Shown one piece after another: positions 52,963-60,082 of a DNA stretch of 64,000 nt. Position numbers and translations under genes: made by a program. Each line of letters starts with the position of its first letter. Position 1 is the stretch's first letter. Source of the stretch: a virus. The stretch is taken from positions 1 through 64,000 of IMG/VR virus record IMGVR_UViG_3300035684_000002. The stretch is one strand, 5' to 3'. The notes under the pieces were generated by a model. The model searched no databases. It was not told the origin of the DNA and worked only from the letters and a program-made list of their open reading frames with translations.

Positions 52963-53043
52963 CTGACCTGCGGGAACAGGTGCCAGGAAGATTTTCTAAC
53001 AGGGGGGTTGCGCACCTGCTAACAGGGGTGTTAGAGTACTCCC
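52963..53043 (+). promoter_or_regulatory. promoter/operator cassette K (leaderless type)
   Basis: CTGACCTGCGGGAAC..., upstream site CTAACAGGGGGGTTGCGC, -35 TTGCGC (53008-13), operator CTAACAGGGGTGTTAG, -10 TAGAGT (53032-37), 6 nt, then ATG 53044. Confidence 0.65.
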
Positions 53044-53391
53044 ATGACGAAGCGCACCGAGTACACCGCCACCGCCCCCAACGGCTCCGCCTACACCTTC
53101 ACCGCCAGCACGAAGCCGGCGGCGGTTCGGTTCCTCGACATCACCGGCACCCGGATGGACGATGGCCAGCCCAACGTCGGCGACCGGTCCTACATCATCA
53201 GCACCCACCGCAGCGTCAAGGCGGCCGGCACCAGCTTCCAGTCCCCGACCTGGCGCGAGCTGCTGGTGCCGGGCTCCGTGGTGACCGACATCCGCGAGGC
53301 TGGCGCCCCGACCGGCCCGGTCTGCACCAGCTGCTCGACCCCGCTGCCGGTGGAGGCGGCCGGCGGGGACGGGCGCTGCGGGCTCTGCTGA
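53044..53391 (+). CDS. hypothetical protein with C-terminal Zn-ribbon (leaderless)
   Basis: Track ORF 115 aa. CTSC...CGLC. Confidence 0.65.
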   Translation: MTKRTEYTATAPNGSAYTFTASTKPAAVRFLDITGTRMDDGQPNVGDRSYIISTHRSVKAAGTSFQSPTWRELLVPGSVVTDIREAGAPTGPVCTSCSTPLPVEAAGGDGRCGLC

Positions 53392-53398
53392 GCCCCCG

Positions 53399-53422
53399 GG
53401 GCCCGGCTCCGGCCGGGCCCCA
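53399..53422 (+). terminator. stem-loop terminator (near-copy of 52927-52952)
   Basis: GGGGCCCGGC-TCCG-GCCGGGCCCC. Confidence 0.5.
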
Positions 53423-53431
53423 GCTGGGCCC

Positions 53432-53512
53432 CTGACCTGCGGGAACAGGTGCCAGGAAGATTTTCTAACAGGGGGGTTGCGCACCCGCTAACACCCCTGT
53501 TATAGTTCTCCC
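53432..53512 (+). promoter_or_regulatory. promoter/operator cassette L (leaderless type, direct repeat of K)
   Basis: First 54 nt identical to K. Operator core flipped (CTAACACCCCTGTTAT). -10 TATAGT (53501-06), then ATG 53513. Confidence 0.65.
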
Positions 53513-53827
53513 ATGCAGCGCACCGGAACCCCCGCCCCCACCGCCCCCGCCGGCTTCACCGCCGACGACCTCTGCCCCACCTGCCACGGTGCCGGCCAGG
53601 TCGAGGACACCCTGTCGGTCATCGAGGACGAGACCCCCGACCAGGTCGAGTGCGACGACTGCGACGGCGTCGGCTGGTCCAAGCCGGCTCCGGTCACCGA
53701 GACCAATGCCCAGCTGGCGATCCGCCGGATGCGCGAGCACTTCGCGGAGGTGCACCCGGACGGGGACCTGACCCTGGGCCCGGGCTGCCGCTGGGCGACC
53801 TGCGCGGTGGTGCGGGCGGCCCGCTGA
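53513..53827 (+). CDS. small protein with DnaJ-type CxxCxGxG zinc finger (leaderless)
   Basis: Track ORF 104 aa. CPTCHGAGQVED...CDDCDGVG. Confidence 0.65.
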   Translation: MQRTGTPAPTAPAGFTADDLCPTCHGAGQVEDTLSVIEDETPDQVECDDCDGVGWSKPAPVTETNAQLAIRRMREHFAEVHPDGDLTLGPGCRWATCAVVRAAR

Positions 53828-53918
53828 CGGGCTGGCCGCCAGCCCCCGGCCCCTACCACCCCGCCGACCAGCTGCGCCCGGCACAGCGGCGCTCAGCGCC
53901 TCGCGCGAGGTCGGGCCG

Positions 53919-54023
53919 CTGACCTGCGGACATGCCGCGCTAACAGGGGGGTTGCGCTCCGCTGACAGGGGTGTTAGAGTAGTGCCATGCCCGGACGGAC
54001 CGGGCGGGACGGAGGAAGCCAGG
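53919..54023 (+). promoter_or_regulatory. promoter/operator/leader cassette M
   Basis: CTGACCTGCGGACA..., TAACAGGGGGGTTGCGC, -35 at 53952-57, operator CTGACAGGGGTGTTAG, -10 TAGAGT (53975-80), +1 at 53987. 37 nt leader with hairpin. Confidence 0.65.
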
Positions 54024-54203
54024 ATGGCGAGAGTCTGGGTCGGGACCGCACCGAAGCGGCGCAAGCCCTGCGACGGGCTGTGCGGCGGCCAGGGCGGCGA
54101 CGTCACGGTCGAGGTCTACAGCGTCTACGACCCCACGAAGCTGCTACGGGTGGAGACCAAGCCGTGCCCACGCTGCAACGGCAGCGGCGAGGTCGACGCC
54201 TGA
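54024..54203 (+). CDS. 59-aa zinc-finger protein
   Basis: ATG 54024 follows GACGGAGGAAGCC and is in frame with track ORF 53952..54203. CDGLCGGQGG...CPRCNGSG. Confidence 0.55.
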   Translation: MARVWVGTAPKRRKPCDGLCGGQGGDVTVEVYSVYDPTKLLRVETKPCPRCNGSGEVDA

Positions 54204-54209
54204 CCCACC

Positions 54210-54245
54210 GGCCCGGGGCCCAGCTCGCCAGCTGGGCCCCGGGCC
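54210..54245 (+). terminator. stem-loop terminator
   Basis: 16 bp stem GGCCCGGGGCCCAGCT/AGCTGGGCCCCGGGCC. Confidence 0.55.
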
Positions 54246-54268
54246 CCGACCCCGAAGGGGGGGGCGCG

Positions 54269-54508
54269 ATGCGCCCTGAGATCGACGACACGGGCCGCGA
54301 GGACCACGGCCGGGCCGCCACCTGGGCGCTGGTCTGCGCGCCCCTGGCCGCGCACCTGGGCGGCGACTCCGGCTCGCCCGCGGTCGGCGCGGTGCTGTGG
54401 CTGGGCGTGGCGTTCGCCGTGGCCCAGCTGCTGCTCGCGCGCCACCCGGTGCCGGCCTCGCCGCCGGACCCGCCGCACCCGTTCCGCCGGGCCGGCGACC
54501 CGGTCTGA
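54269..54508 (+). CDS. small membrane protein
   Basis: ATG 54269 is in frame with track ORF 53987..54508. Two hydrophobic segments. No cassette of its own. Confidence 0.45.
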   Translation: MRPEIDDTGREDHGRAATWALVCAPLAAHLGGDSGSPAVGAVLWLGVAFAVAQLLLARHPVPASPPDPPHPFRRAGDPV

Positions 54509-54520
54509 CCCAGCTCGACC

Positions 54521-54554
54521 ACCAGCCCCCCGGCCACCAGGCCGGGGGGCTGGT
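54521..54554 (+). terminator. stem-loop terminator
   Basis: 15 bp stem ACCAGCCCCCCGGCC/GGCCGGGGGGCTGGT with loop ACCA. Confidence 0.55.
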
Positions 54555-54661
54555 CCGCATCCGGGGAAACCCTGGTGCGCACCCCGGTGTCCGCGCGTGT
54601 CCGCGCCCCTGACCTGCTGTCCGCCGGTGTCCGCGGACGTCCGGCGGACACCGGGCAGCTC

Positions 54662-54749
54662 GCGCTAACAGGGGGGTTGCGCTCACCCTGACAGGGGTGT
54701 TAGTGTTCTCTCATGCCCGGACGGACCGGGCGGAGACGGAGACCAGGAC
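54662..54749 (+). promoter_or_regulatory. promoter/operator/leader cassette N
   Basis: CTAACAGGGGGGTTGCGC, -35 at 54677-82, operator CTGACAGGGGTGTTAG, -10 TAGTGT (54701-06), +1 at 54713. 37 nt leader with hairpin. Confidence 0.65.
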
Positions 54750-55100
54750 ATGACCGCCAGCCTCGCCACCACCGCCACCACCACCAGCGACGCGGGAGTC
54801 ACGATCGCCGCCGCCTTCGACCAGGTGGCCCAGCCCCTCGCCGACCTGGGCGACATCTTCGGCGAGCTGCTGGCCATGATCGGCGGCGAGCCGGTCGACC
54901 TGGCCACCGACGCGCACTTCGCCCAGCTGGTGGCCTACGACCAGGCGGTCGCCGCGGTGACCGCCGCGCGCATCGAGCTGGCGGCCACCGTGCGCCGGTG
55001 CGGCTACGGGCGCCGGGCCGCCGCCGCCGGCCACCAGCTGGCCGCCGCGCTCCGCCACCTCGACGCCACCCCGCACCCGGGCGCCCACCCCGCCGTCTGA
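54750..55100 (+). CDS. hypothetical Ala-rich protein
   Basis: Track ORF 116 aa. ATG follows GACGGAGACC. Confidence 0.55.
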   Translation: MTASLATTATTTSDAGVTIAAAFDQVAQPLADLGDIFGELLAMIGGEPVDLATDAHFAQLVAYDQAVAAVTAARIELAATVRRCGYGRRAAAAGHQLAAALRHLDATPHPGAHPAV

Positions 55101-55110
55101 CCTGCTCGCC

Positions 55111-55146
55111 ACGAAGCCCCCGCACCAGCTGGTGCGGGGGCTTCGT
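55111..55146. terminator. 36 bp palindromic bidirectional terminator (copy 2 of 40885-40920)
   Basis: ACGAAGCCCCCGCACCAG/CTGGTGCGGGGGCTTCGT, identical to the core at 40.9 kb. Confidence 0.6.
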
Positions 55147-55176
55147 CGTGTCCATGGCTAGGAGGACGGCTCGACG

Positions 55177-55506
55177 CTACACCGGCTCGCCATCCGCGCG
55201 GGCCCGCCGTAGCGCGATCTCCAGCGCGGCGTAGGTCATGCCCAGCCGGCCGGCCAGCTGGGCGACCGACAGGCCGGGCTCGACGGTGCGCAGGTCGACC
55301 ACCTGGCGCACGACCTCGCGCCGCGACCGGGTGGTGCGCGGGTACTGGTCGAGCTGCCCGGCGGCGACCACGCCCGCGCGGCAGCTGGTGCACAGCCCGC
55401 GTCCGTCGTGGCGCCCGGACCCGCGGGCCGGCAGCGGCGAGGCACCGCAGCAGCGGCAGCCGCTGACCCGCGCCCGCCCCCACCGGCCGGCCAGCCGGGT
55501 GCTCAC
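55177..55506 (-). CDS. Cys-cluster + HTH DNA-binding protein
   Basis: GTG 55506 (GTGA overlap), in frame with track ORF 55177..56097. CRCC...CTSC, then LSVAQLAGRLGMTYAALEIALRRA. Confidence 0.6.
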   Translation of the reverse strand: MSTRLAGRWGRARVSGCRCCGASPLPARGSGRHDGRGLCTSCRAGVVAAGQLDQYPRTTRSRREVVRQVVDLRTVEPGLSVAQLAGRLGMTYAALEIALRRARADGEPV

Positions 55507-55835
55507 GCGCCCGCCAGCCAGGCAACCAGCTCGACGGTGCCCCAGCTGGCCAACGTGCCCAGGGCGGCGAGCAGCGCGAGCACCACGACGACCACGGGCA
55601 GGCAGCCGTCGAGCGCGTCGAAGCCGGTCGAACGCTGCTGCACGTAGCCGCGGGTGGCCCGCTTCGCGCCGGCCTTCGCCCGGCGGTCGTCGATCGGCTT
55701 GCCGGCGGCGGTGGTCTTCGGGGGCTTGCCCGTGCCGGCCTGACCCGACGGGCAGCGGCGCAGCCCGCACGGGGTGCCGGCTGGTAGCGAGGTCTCGAAC
55801 CGGTTCCCGCACTCCGGGCACGTCCGGATCGGCAT
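55503..55835 (-). CDS. Zn-ribbon protein with C-terminal TM anchor
   Basis: Track ORF 110 aa. CPECGN...CGLRRC. C-terminal hydrophobic segment. Confidence 0.6.
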   Translation of the reverse strand: MPIRTCPECGNRFETSLPAGTPCGLRRCPSGQAGTGKPPKTTAAGKPIDDRRAKAGAKRATRGYVQQRSTGFDALDGCLPVVVVVLALLAALGTLASWGTVELVAWLAGA

Positions 55836-55841
55836 GGCCGC

Positions 55842-56111
55842 TCACCTCACCGTCAGCGGGTCGGGCCCGTCGTAGCTCCGGCACGGGCACGGGTCGACCA
55901 CGTCGGTGTAGTTGCGGCGCACCGTGGTGGTACCGCCGCAGCTGCCCTCGATCGGGTCGTGGGTGCCGTAGCCGTGCCGGCAGGAGCAGACCAGCGCGGA
56001 CTGGGCCGGCGGCCGGCGGCGAGCCAGCAGCGAGCCGACCAGGACGGACCCGGCGCCGATCGCCCCACCGACCAGCCACTGGCCCAGCTCGAACCACTGG
56101 TCGGGGGTCAC
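55842..56111 (-). CDS. membrane-anchored Cys-rich protein
   Basis: Track ORF 89 aa. N-terminal TM segment. CSC...C...CPC. Confidence 0.55.
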   Translation of the reverse strand: MTPDQWFELGQWLVGGAIGAGSVLVGSLLARRRPPAQSALVCSCRHGYGTHDPIEGSCGGTTTVRRNYTDVVDPCPCRSYDGPDPLTVR

Positions 56112-56434
56112 GACTCGCCCCAGCGCCCGCCCAGCTGGCGGGCGTAGTCGACGACCTGCGGGTCGCCGAAGTCGGCGCTGTCGAGCATGGGCACCTCGAC
56201 CCAGCCGGTGGCGATCGTGCAGGGATTGTTGCCGATCAGGCTGCGCACGCGGTCCCAGCTGATGTCGTCGTCGCGGTCGGCGTCGGCGGTCACTCGCCAG
56301 CTGGCGCCGACGATCGCCGGGCCGACGTTGTGCGCCAGGTACGTGACGCCCTGGTGGCGCCAGCGCAGCACGCTGCCGACGGGCGGCACCCTGCTGCCGA
56401 ACCGGTCTTCGCGGACGCTCGCAGTGGTGGTCAT
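56108..56434 (-). CDS. hypothetical protein
   Basis: Track ORF 108 aa. Preceded by GAACGGAGACCACGACC. Confidence 0.6.
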   Translation of the reverse strand: MTTTASVREDRFGSRVPPVGSVLRWRHQGVTYLAHNVGPAIVGASWRVTADADRDDDISWDRVRSLIGNNPCTIATGWVEVPMLDSADFGDPQVVDYARQLGGRWGES

Positions 56435-56498
56435 GGTCGTGGTCTCCGTTCGGTCAGAACTGTCTACTTCGGAACTATCGGGTTGCCGGACCGGGAGA

Positions 56499-58256
56499 TC
56501 AGCCGGTCCGGGCCAGACGGTCGTTCATCCGGGTGACGGCGATCAGGTCGGACAGCTCGCCCGCGCGGTAGCGCTCCGGCTCGCGGATGCCGACGCCGCG
56601 CGCCTTGCCGATCAACTTCGGCGAGGGCGGGCGCTTGCGCCAGCTGCGGTCGCGCTGGGTCAGCATGTCCGCGTCGGCGCCCGCATTGGCCCGGGCCCAG
56701 CGCTCGCCCGCGGCGATCGCCTGGTCGAAGGTCACGCCGTTGACGATGCGCTGGCCGTCGCCCTCACGGAGCCGGGGCCCGACGTGGCCGACCTTCCACA
56801 GCCCGTCACTGCGCTCCCAGAGCACGACGTACCGGTCGCCCGCCGGCAGGAACGGGATGCCATCCTGGTTGGCCAGCCAGCGCGTCTTCGACTCGCGCAG
56901 CACCAGGTCGAGCGTTTCGTAGTAGGCCGGCCCGACCAGCTTCGGCGGTTCCTCGCGCTCGCGCCCGGTCCCGACCGGCGCGCACATGCACGCCCGGCCG
57001 ACCTGGTGGCACGCCGAGCAGGGCACCCGTTCCAACGGGGTGTCGTCGTAGCGGGCGCCGGGCACCAGGTGCACCAGCGCGCACAGCTGCTGCCCGCGGC
57101 TGGCACCAACCACGTCGAGCACCAGGCAGTCGAGCTTGCCGACCCAGGGCGCGGGCCGCAGCCCGCGCCCGACGATCTGCGTATACAGCCCGGGCAGCTT
57201 CGTCGGCCGGGCCATCAGCACGCACTCGACCTCCGGGCAGTCCCACCCTTCGGTCATCACCATGACCCCGACCAGCACCCGGATGACCCCGGCCGCCAGC
57301 TCGCGGTAGATGCGCTGGCGGTCGCGCTCCGGCGTGGTGCCGGTGATGACGGCGACCGGGACGCCCCGGCCGACGAACTCGGCGGCGAGCGCCTGGGCGC
57401 TGGCCACGTTCGGGGTGAAGGCGGCGGTGAGCCGGCCGGCGGGGTGCGCGCTGTCGACCGCTTCGGCGAACCAGGCGTCGACGATCTGGTCGACATCCTG
57501 GGTGACCATGTCGCCCAGTTCGTCGTCGGCGTAGTCGCCGCTGGCCTTGCTGACCTTCGCGCTGTCGAGGTCGACGTGGCTGGCCACGACGACCTTGCCG
57601 TAGGGCTCGACCAGCCAGCCACAGTCGATGGCCCAGCCGATGTCGCGGCGGAAGGGCACGTCGAGGAACGTGCGGCCCAGCTGGTACTTGTCCCCGCGGG
57701 TCAGGGTCGCGGTGACCCCGACCAGCCGGGCCCCGTCCTGCTCGAAGCACCGCAGCCAGTCGAGGATCATCCGGTTGCCCGGGGCGGCGGCGTGGTGGCA
57801 CTCGTCGTAGACCACGACGTCGAAGGCGGGTCGGCCGTCCCGGCGGCGCAGCCCGGTGCGCTTGCGCCGGGCCTCGCCGCGCTTGCTGCCCAGCGTCGAG
57901 GTCATCGCCTCGACGATCGGGTAGCCGTCGCGGTGGCCGTCGCCGTCGATGCGTCCGTGCGGGATCGAGGGGTCGTGCGCGCGGATGCGCTCGGTGATCT
58001 GGTCGAGCAGCACCCCGCGGTGCGCGAGGTTGAGCACGGCGTTGCCCTGGCGGGCTTCGTGCACCGCGACCGCGCCGATGATGTCGGTCTTCCCGCAGCC
58101 GGTCGGCAGCACGATGGCACGGCGGCGCTTCTCCTCCCAGCTGCCGGCGGCGCTCTCGCGGGCGTCGCCCAGGTAGAGCGCGTCGACCGCGCCGGCCTGG
58201 TAGTCGCGCAGCTCGCGCAGCGTCGGGGCGCGCGGGACTGTCGGACGGGGGGTCAC
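56499..58256 (-). CDS. SF2 DEAD/DEAH-box DNA helicase
   Basis: GTG 58256 follows GGAACGGAGACG and is in frame with track ORF 56499..58577. Motifs LPTGCGKT, DECHH, TATL, QIVGRGLR. Confidence 0.88.
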   Translation of the reverse strand: MTPRPTVPRAPTLRELRDYQAGAVDALYLGDARESAAGSWEEKRRRAIVLPTGCGKTDIIGAVAVHEARQGNAVLNLAHRGVLLDQITERIRAHDPSIPHGRIDGDGHRDGYPIVEAMTSTLGSKRGEARRKRTGLRRRDGRPAFDVVVYDECHHAAAPGNRMILDWLRCFEQDGARLVGVTATLTRGDKYQLGRTFLDVPFRRDIGWAIDCGWLVEPYGKVVVASHVDLDSAKVSKASGDYADDELGDMVTQDVDQIVDAWFAEAVDSAHPAGRLTAAFTPNVASAQALAAEFVGRGVPVAVITGTTPERDRQRIYRELAAGVIRVLVGVMVMTEGWDCPEVECVLMARPTKLPGLYTQIVGRGLRPAPWVGKLDCLVLDVVGASRGQQLCALVHLVPGARYDDTPLERVPCSACHQVGRACMCAPVGTGREREEPPKLVGPAYYETLDLVLRESKTRWLANQDGIPFLPAGDRYVVLWERSDGLWKVGHVGPRLREGDGQRIVNGVTFDQAIAAGERWARANAGADADMLTQRDRSWRKRPPSPKLIGKARGVGIREPERYRAGELSDLIAVTRMNDRLARTG

Positions 58257-58648
58257 GGTCGGTCGTCTCCGTTCCGGTCGGTCGAGCAGAGCAGCGCGGC
58301 GCCGCCGGCCCGCAGCCAGCCGACCAGCGCCGCCGCCTCGCGCCGGTCGTGCTCGCACTCCGCGAGGGCGATCGAGGCCGGGTTGTCGAGCGCGGTCGCG
58401 GCTGCGGTGGCGGCGGTCAGCTGAGCGCGCGCCGCCTCGCGCCGCTCGAAGGTGCCGTAGGCGTCGAAGCGCTCGCGGTGCACGCCGCCGCCGCGCAGCG
58501 GCTGGCCTTCGCGGGCGACGCGCTCGCGCGAGCTGGGCTGGTTGCGCAGGTGGTCGGGGACCCGCGCGCCGACGCACGGGCTGCCGGCCGCCTGGTCGCA
58601 GGTGGGGCAGCGCACGTGCTCGACGGCGAGCTGGCTCCGGGTGGTCAC
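58253..58648 (-). CDS. hypothetical protein with N-terminal zinc-finger-like motif
   Basis: GTG 58648 (GTGA overlap), in frame with track ORF 58253..58918. CPTCDQ...C. Confidence 0.55.
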   Translation of the reverse strand: MTTRSQLAVEHVRCPTCDQAAGSPCVGARVPDHLRNQPSSRERVAREGQPLRGGGVHRERFDAYGTFERREAARAQLTAATAAATALDNPASIALAECEHDRREAAALVGWLRAGGAALLCSTDRNGDDRP

Positions 58649-58842
58649 GCCGGCCGCCGGCTGGCTCGCGGGCCCAGCTGCCGCCGGCCCGGGTGGGGGT
58701 TGATCAGGGGGTGCGCCTCGCCGACCGCGCGACGGCTGCCGCGTCGGACGTCGATGCAGCACTGGCCGGGCCCGGCGTCGCAGCCCAGCCGGGTGCACGG
58801 CCCGAACACGTCCCAGCTGGGGGGCGGGGTCCTGGGCGTCAT
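58645..58842 (-). CDS. small zinc-finger protein (C..C..CCID.R...HPGRR family)
   Basis: Track ORF 65 aa. Paralogous to the C-terminus of 59126..59614. Confidence 0.5.
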   Translation of the reverse strand: MTPRTPPPSWDVFGPCTRLGCDAGPGQCCIDVRRGSRRAVGEAHPLINPHPGRRQLGPRASRRPA

Positions 58843-59129
58843 GCCGGCCCCCGTCGCAGCCGGGCGGCGAGCGCGGCCCGGTCGGGCTGGCGTTCGAGCA
58901 GTTCGCGCACGGCGGCAAGTTCGGTGCGGATGCTGGCCAGCTGGTCGTCGCGGTTGGGCCCGGCGGCCCGGTAGATGATCAGCACCCCGGACCCGGGCAG
59001 CAGCGCCACCCGCCGGTCTTCCGGGCCGCCGCCCAGGCTGCGCACCAGGTCGACGATCTCGCGCGGCAGCGGGCCGATGGCGACGTGGTCGACACCGCCC
59101 GGCAGCGTGTCGTCGGTCGGCCCGCTCAC
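58839..59129 (-). CDS. hypothetical protein
   Basis: GTG 59129 (GTGA overlap), in frame with track ORF 58839..59774. Confidence 0.5.
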   Translation of the reverse strand: MSGPTDDTLPGGVDHVAIGPLPREIVDLVRSLGGGPEDRRVALLPGSGVLIIYRAAGPNRDDQLASIRTELAAVRELLERQPDRAALAARLRRGPA

Positions 59130-59614
59130 GACGCCCGCCGGCTGGCGCGGGGCGACAGCAGCCGCCGGCCCGGGTGCGCCTTCGCGACCGGGGCGGGCTG
59201 CCCGTCGGGGGTGAGGGCGCCGCGCAGGTCGATGCACGACTGGCCGGTGGGGGCCTGGCACCGGGGACGGGGGCACTGCTCGAAGTCGGCCCAGCCGGGT
59301 GGCGGGAGGGGCGCGGGCTCCGGCTCCGGGTCGGGCTGGGGGTTCAGCTCCGCGTCGAGCGCGGCGGCGCGGCGGCGTAGCACCTCCGCCCGTCCGGCGC
59401 CGGTGATGGTCGAGGTCATCGTGTCGCCGAAGGTCTGACCGACGTGCGCGGACTTGTCGCGCACCAGCTCGCGCCGGAGCAGCGCCTGGGTGGTGCCCAT
59501 CGGCGCCAGCACCTTGCCGTCGGGGTGGTCGTAGCCCGCGTCGAGTGCGCGCACCGCCTGGGGGCTGAGCGGGTAGGGGGCGCGGGGCGCGCGGCCGGGT
59601 CCGTGGTTGGACAC
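59126..59614 (-). CDS. hypothetical protein with C-terminal zinc finger of the HPGRR family
   Basis: Track ORF 162 aa. CPRPRCQAPTGQSCIDLR...AHPGRRLLSPRASRRAS. Confidence 0.55.
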   Translation of the reverse strand: MSNHGPGRAPRAPYPLSPQAVRALDAGYDHPDGKVLAPMGTTQALLRRELVRDKSAHVGQTFGDTMTSTITGAGRAEVLRRRAAALDAELNPQPDPEPEPAPLPPPGWADFEQCPRPRCQAPTGQSCIDLRGALTPDGQPAPVAKAHPGRRLLSPRASRRAS

Positions 59615-59617
59615 CGG

Positions 59618-59944
59618 TCACACCTCCGTGCTGTTGCCGGTGCCGCAGTCGGTGCCGTAGACGCGGCGCCGAGCGGCCAGCGCGCGGCGAAGGCAGAACT
59701 GCTGCACCGGCACGCCGACGCCCACGATCAGCCCCAGCACGGCGAACACGGCGAACACGACCGCCAGCAGCCAAGCCGCCAGGGTGTCGCCGTGGCGCAC
59801 CAGCTGCACGAAGGCGACCAGCGACATGATGCCGGTGCCCCCGGCGAAGGCAGCCACGACCGCGATCACGTGCAGCGGTACGGGCAGCGGACCGCCGTCG
59901 TGGGGCCCGCCGGCCTGCTGGTCGTTCAGGGGGTTACCGGTCAT
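59618..59944 (-). CDS. membrane protein
   Basis: Track ORF 108 aa. 3 TM segments. Preceded by GAACGGAGACCACGACG. Confidence 0.6.
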   Translation of the reverse strand: MTGNPLNDQQAGGPHDGGPLPVPLHVIAVVAAFAGGTGIMSLVAFVQLVRHGDTLAAWLLAVVFAVFAVLGLIVGVGVPVQQFCLRRALAARRRVYGTDCGTGNSTEV

Positions 59945-60080
59945 CGTCGTGGTCTCCGTTCGAGTCGGGGTCGGGCTGGTCGAGGTCGTCGGCTTCGGCC
60001 ACCGCGGTGGCGTACATGGCGGCGCGCTGGCGGGCCATGGCCGCCTCGCGCTGCGCGGGGGTCGACGTCGAGGGGGGCAC
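59934..60080 (-). CDS. 48-aa acidic peptide (tentative)
   Basis: GTG 60080 lies 2 nt after the upstream stop. The translation ...MARQRAAMYATAVAEADDLDQPDPDSNGDHDDDR looks more protein-like than the overlapping track ORF 59941..60198. Confidence 0.3.
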   Translation of the reverse strand: MPPSTSTPAQREAAMARQRAAMYATAVAEADDLDQPDPDSNGDHDDDR

Positions 60081-60082
60081 GG

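Noticed and set aside
52640-52966. ORFs starting MPGRTGR(D/N/R)G... (52640..52966, 53987..54508, 54713..55234, 52239..52502 and others) that look like a conserved protein family
   Set aside because: The shared N-terminus is simply the translation of the conserved leader DNA. Beyond it the sequences are unrelated Arg/Gly/Pro-rich off-frame products. They are retained only as a possible leaderless-initiation phenomenon, not as genes.
52900-54750. Regularly spaced conserved repeats that could suggest a CRISPR array
   Set aside because: The repeats are ~80 bp promoter cassettes spaced 450-730 bp apart. The intervals contain coding genes with SDs and terminators. The units are not short identical direct repeats with unique spacers of uniform size.
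56187-58424. 745-aa plus-strand ORF
   Set aside because: It is antisense to the SF2 helicase, whose motifs (GCGKT, DECHH, QIVGRGLR) are clear on the minus strand.
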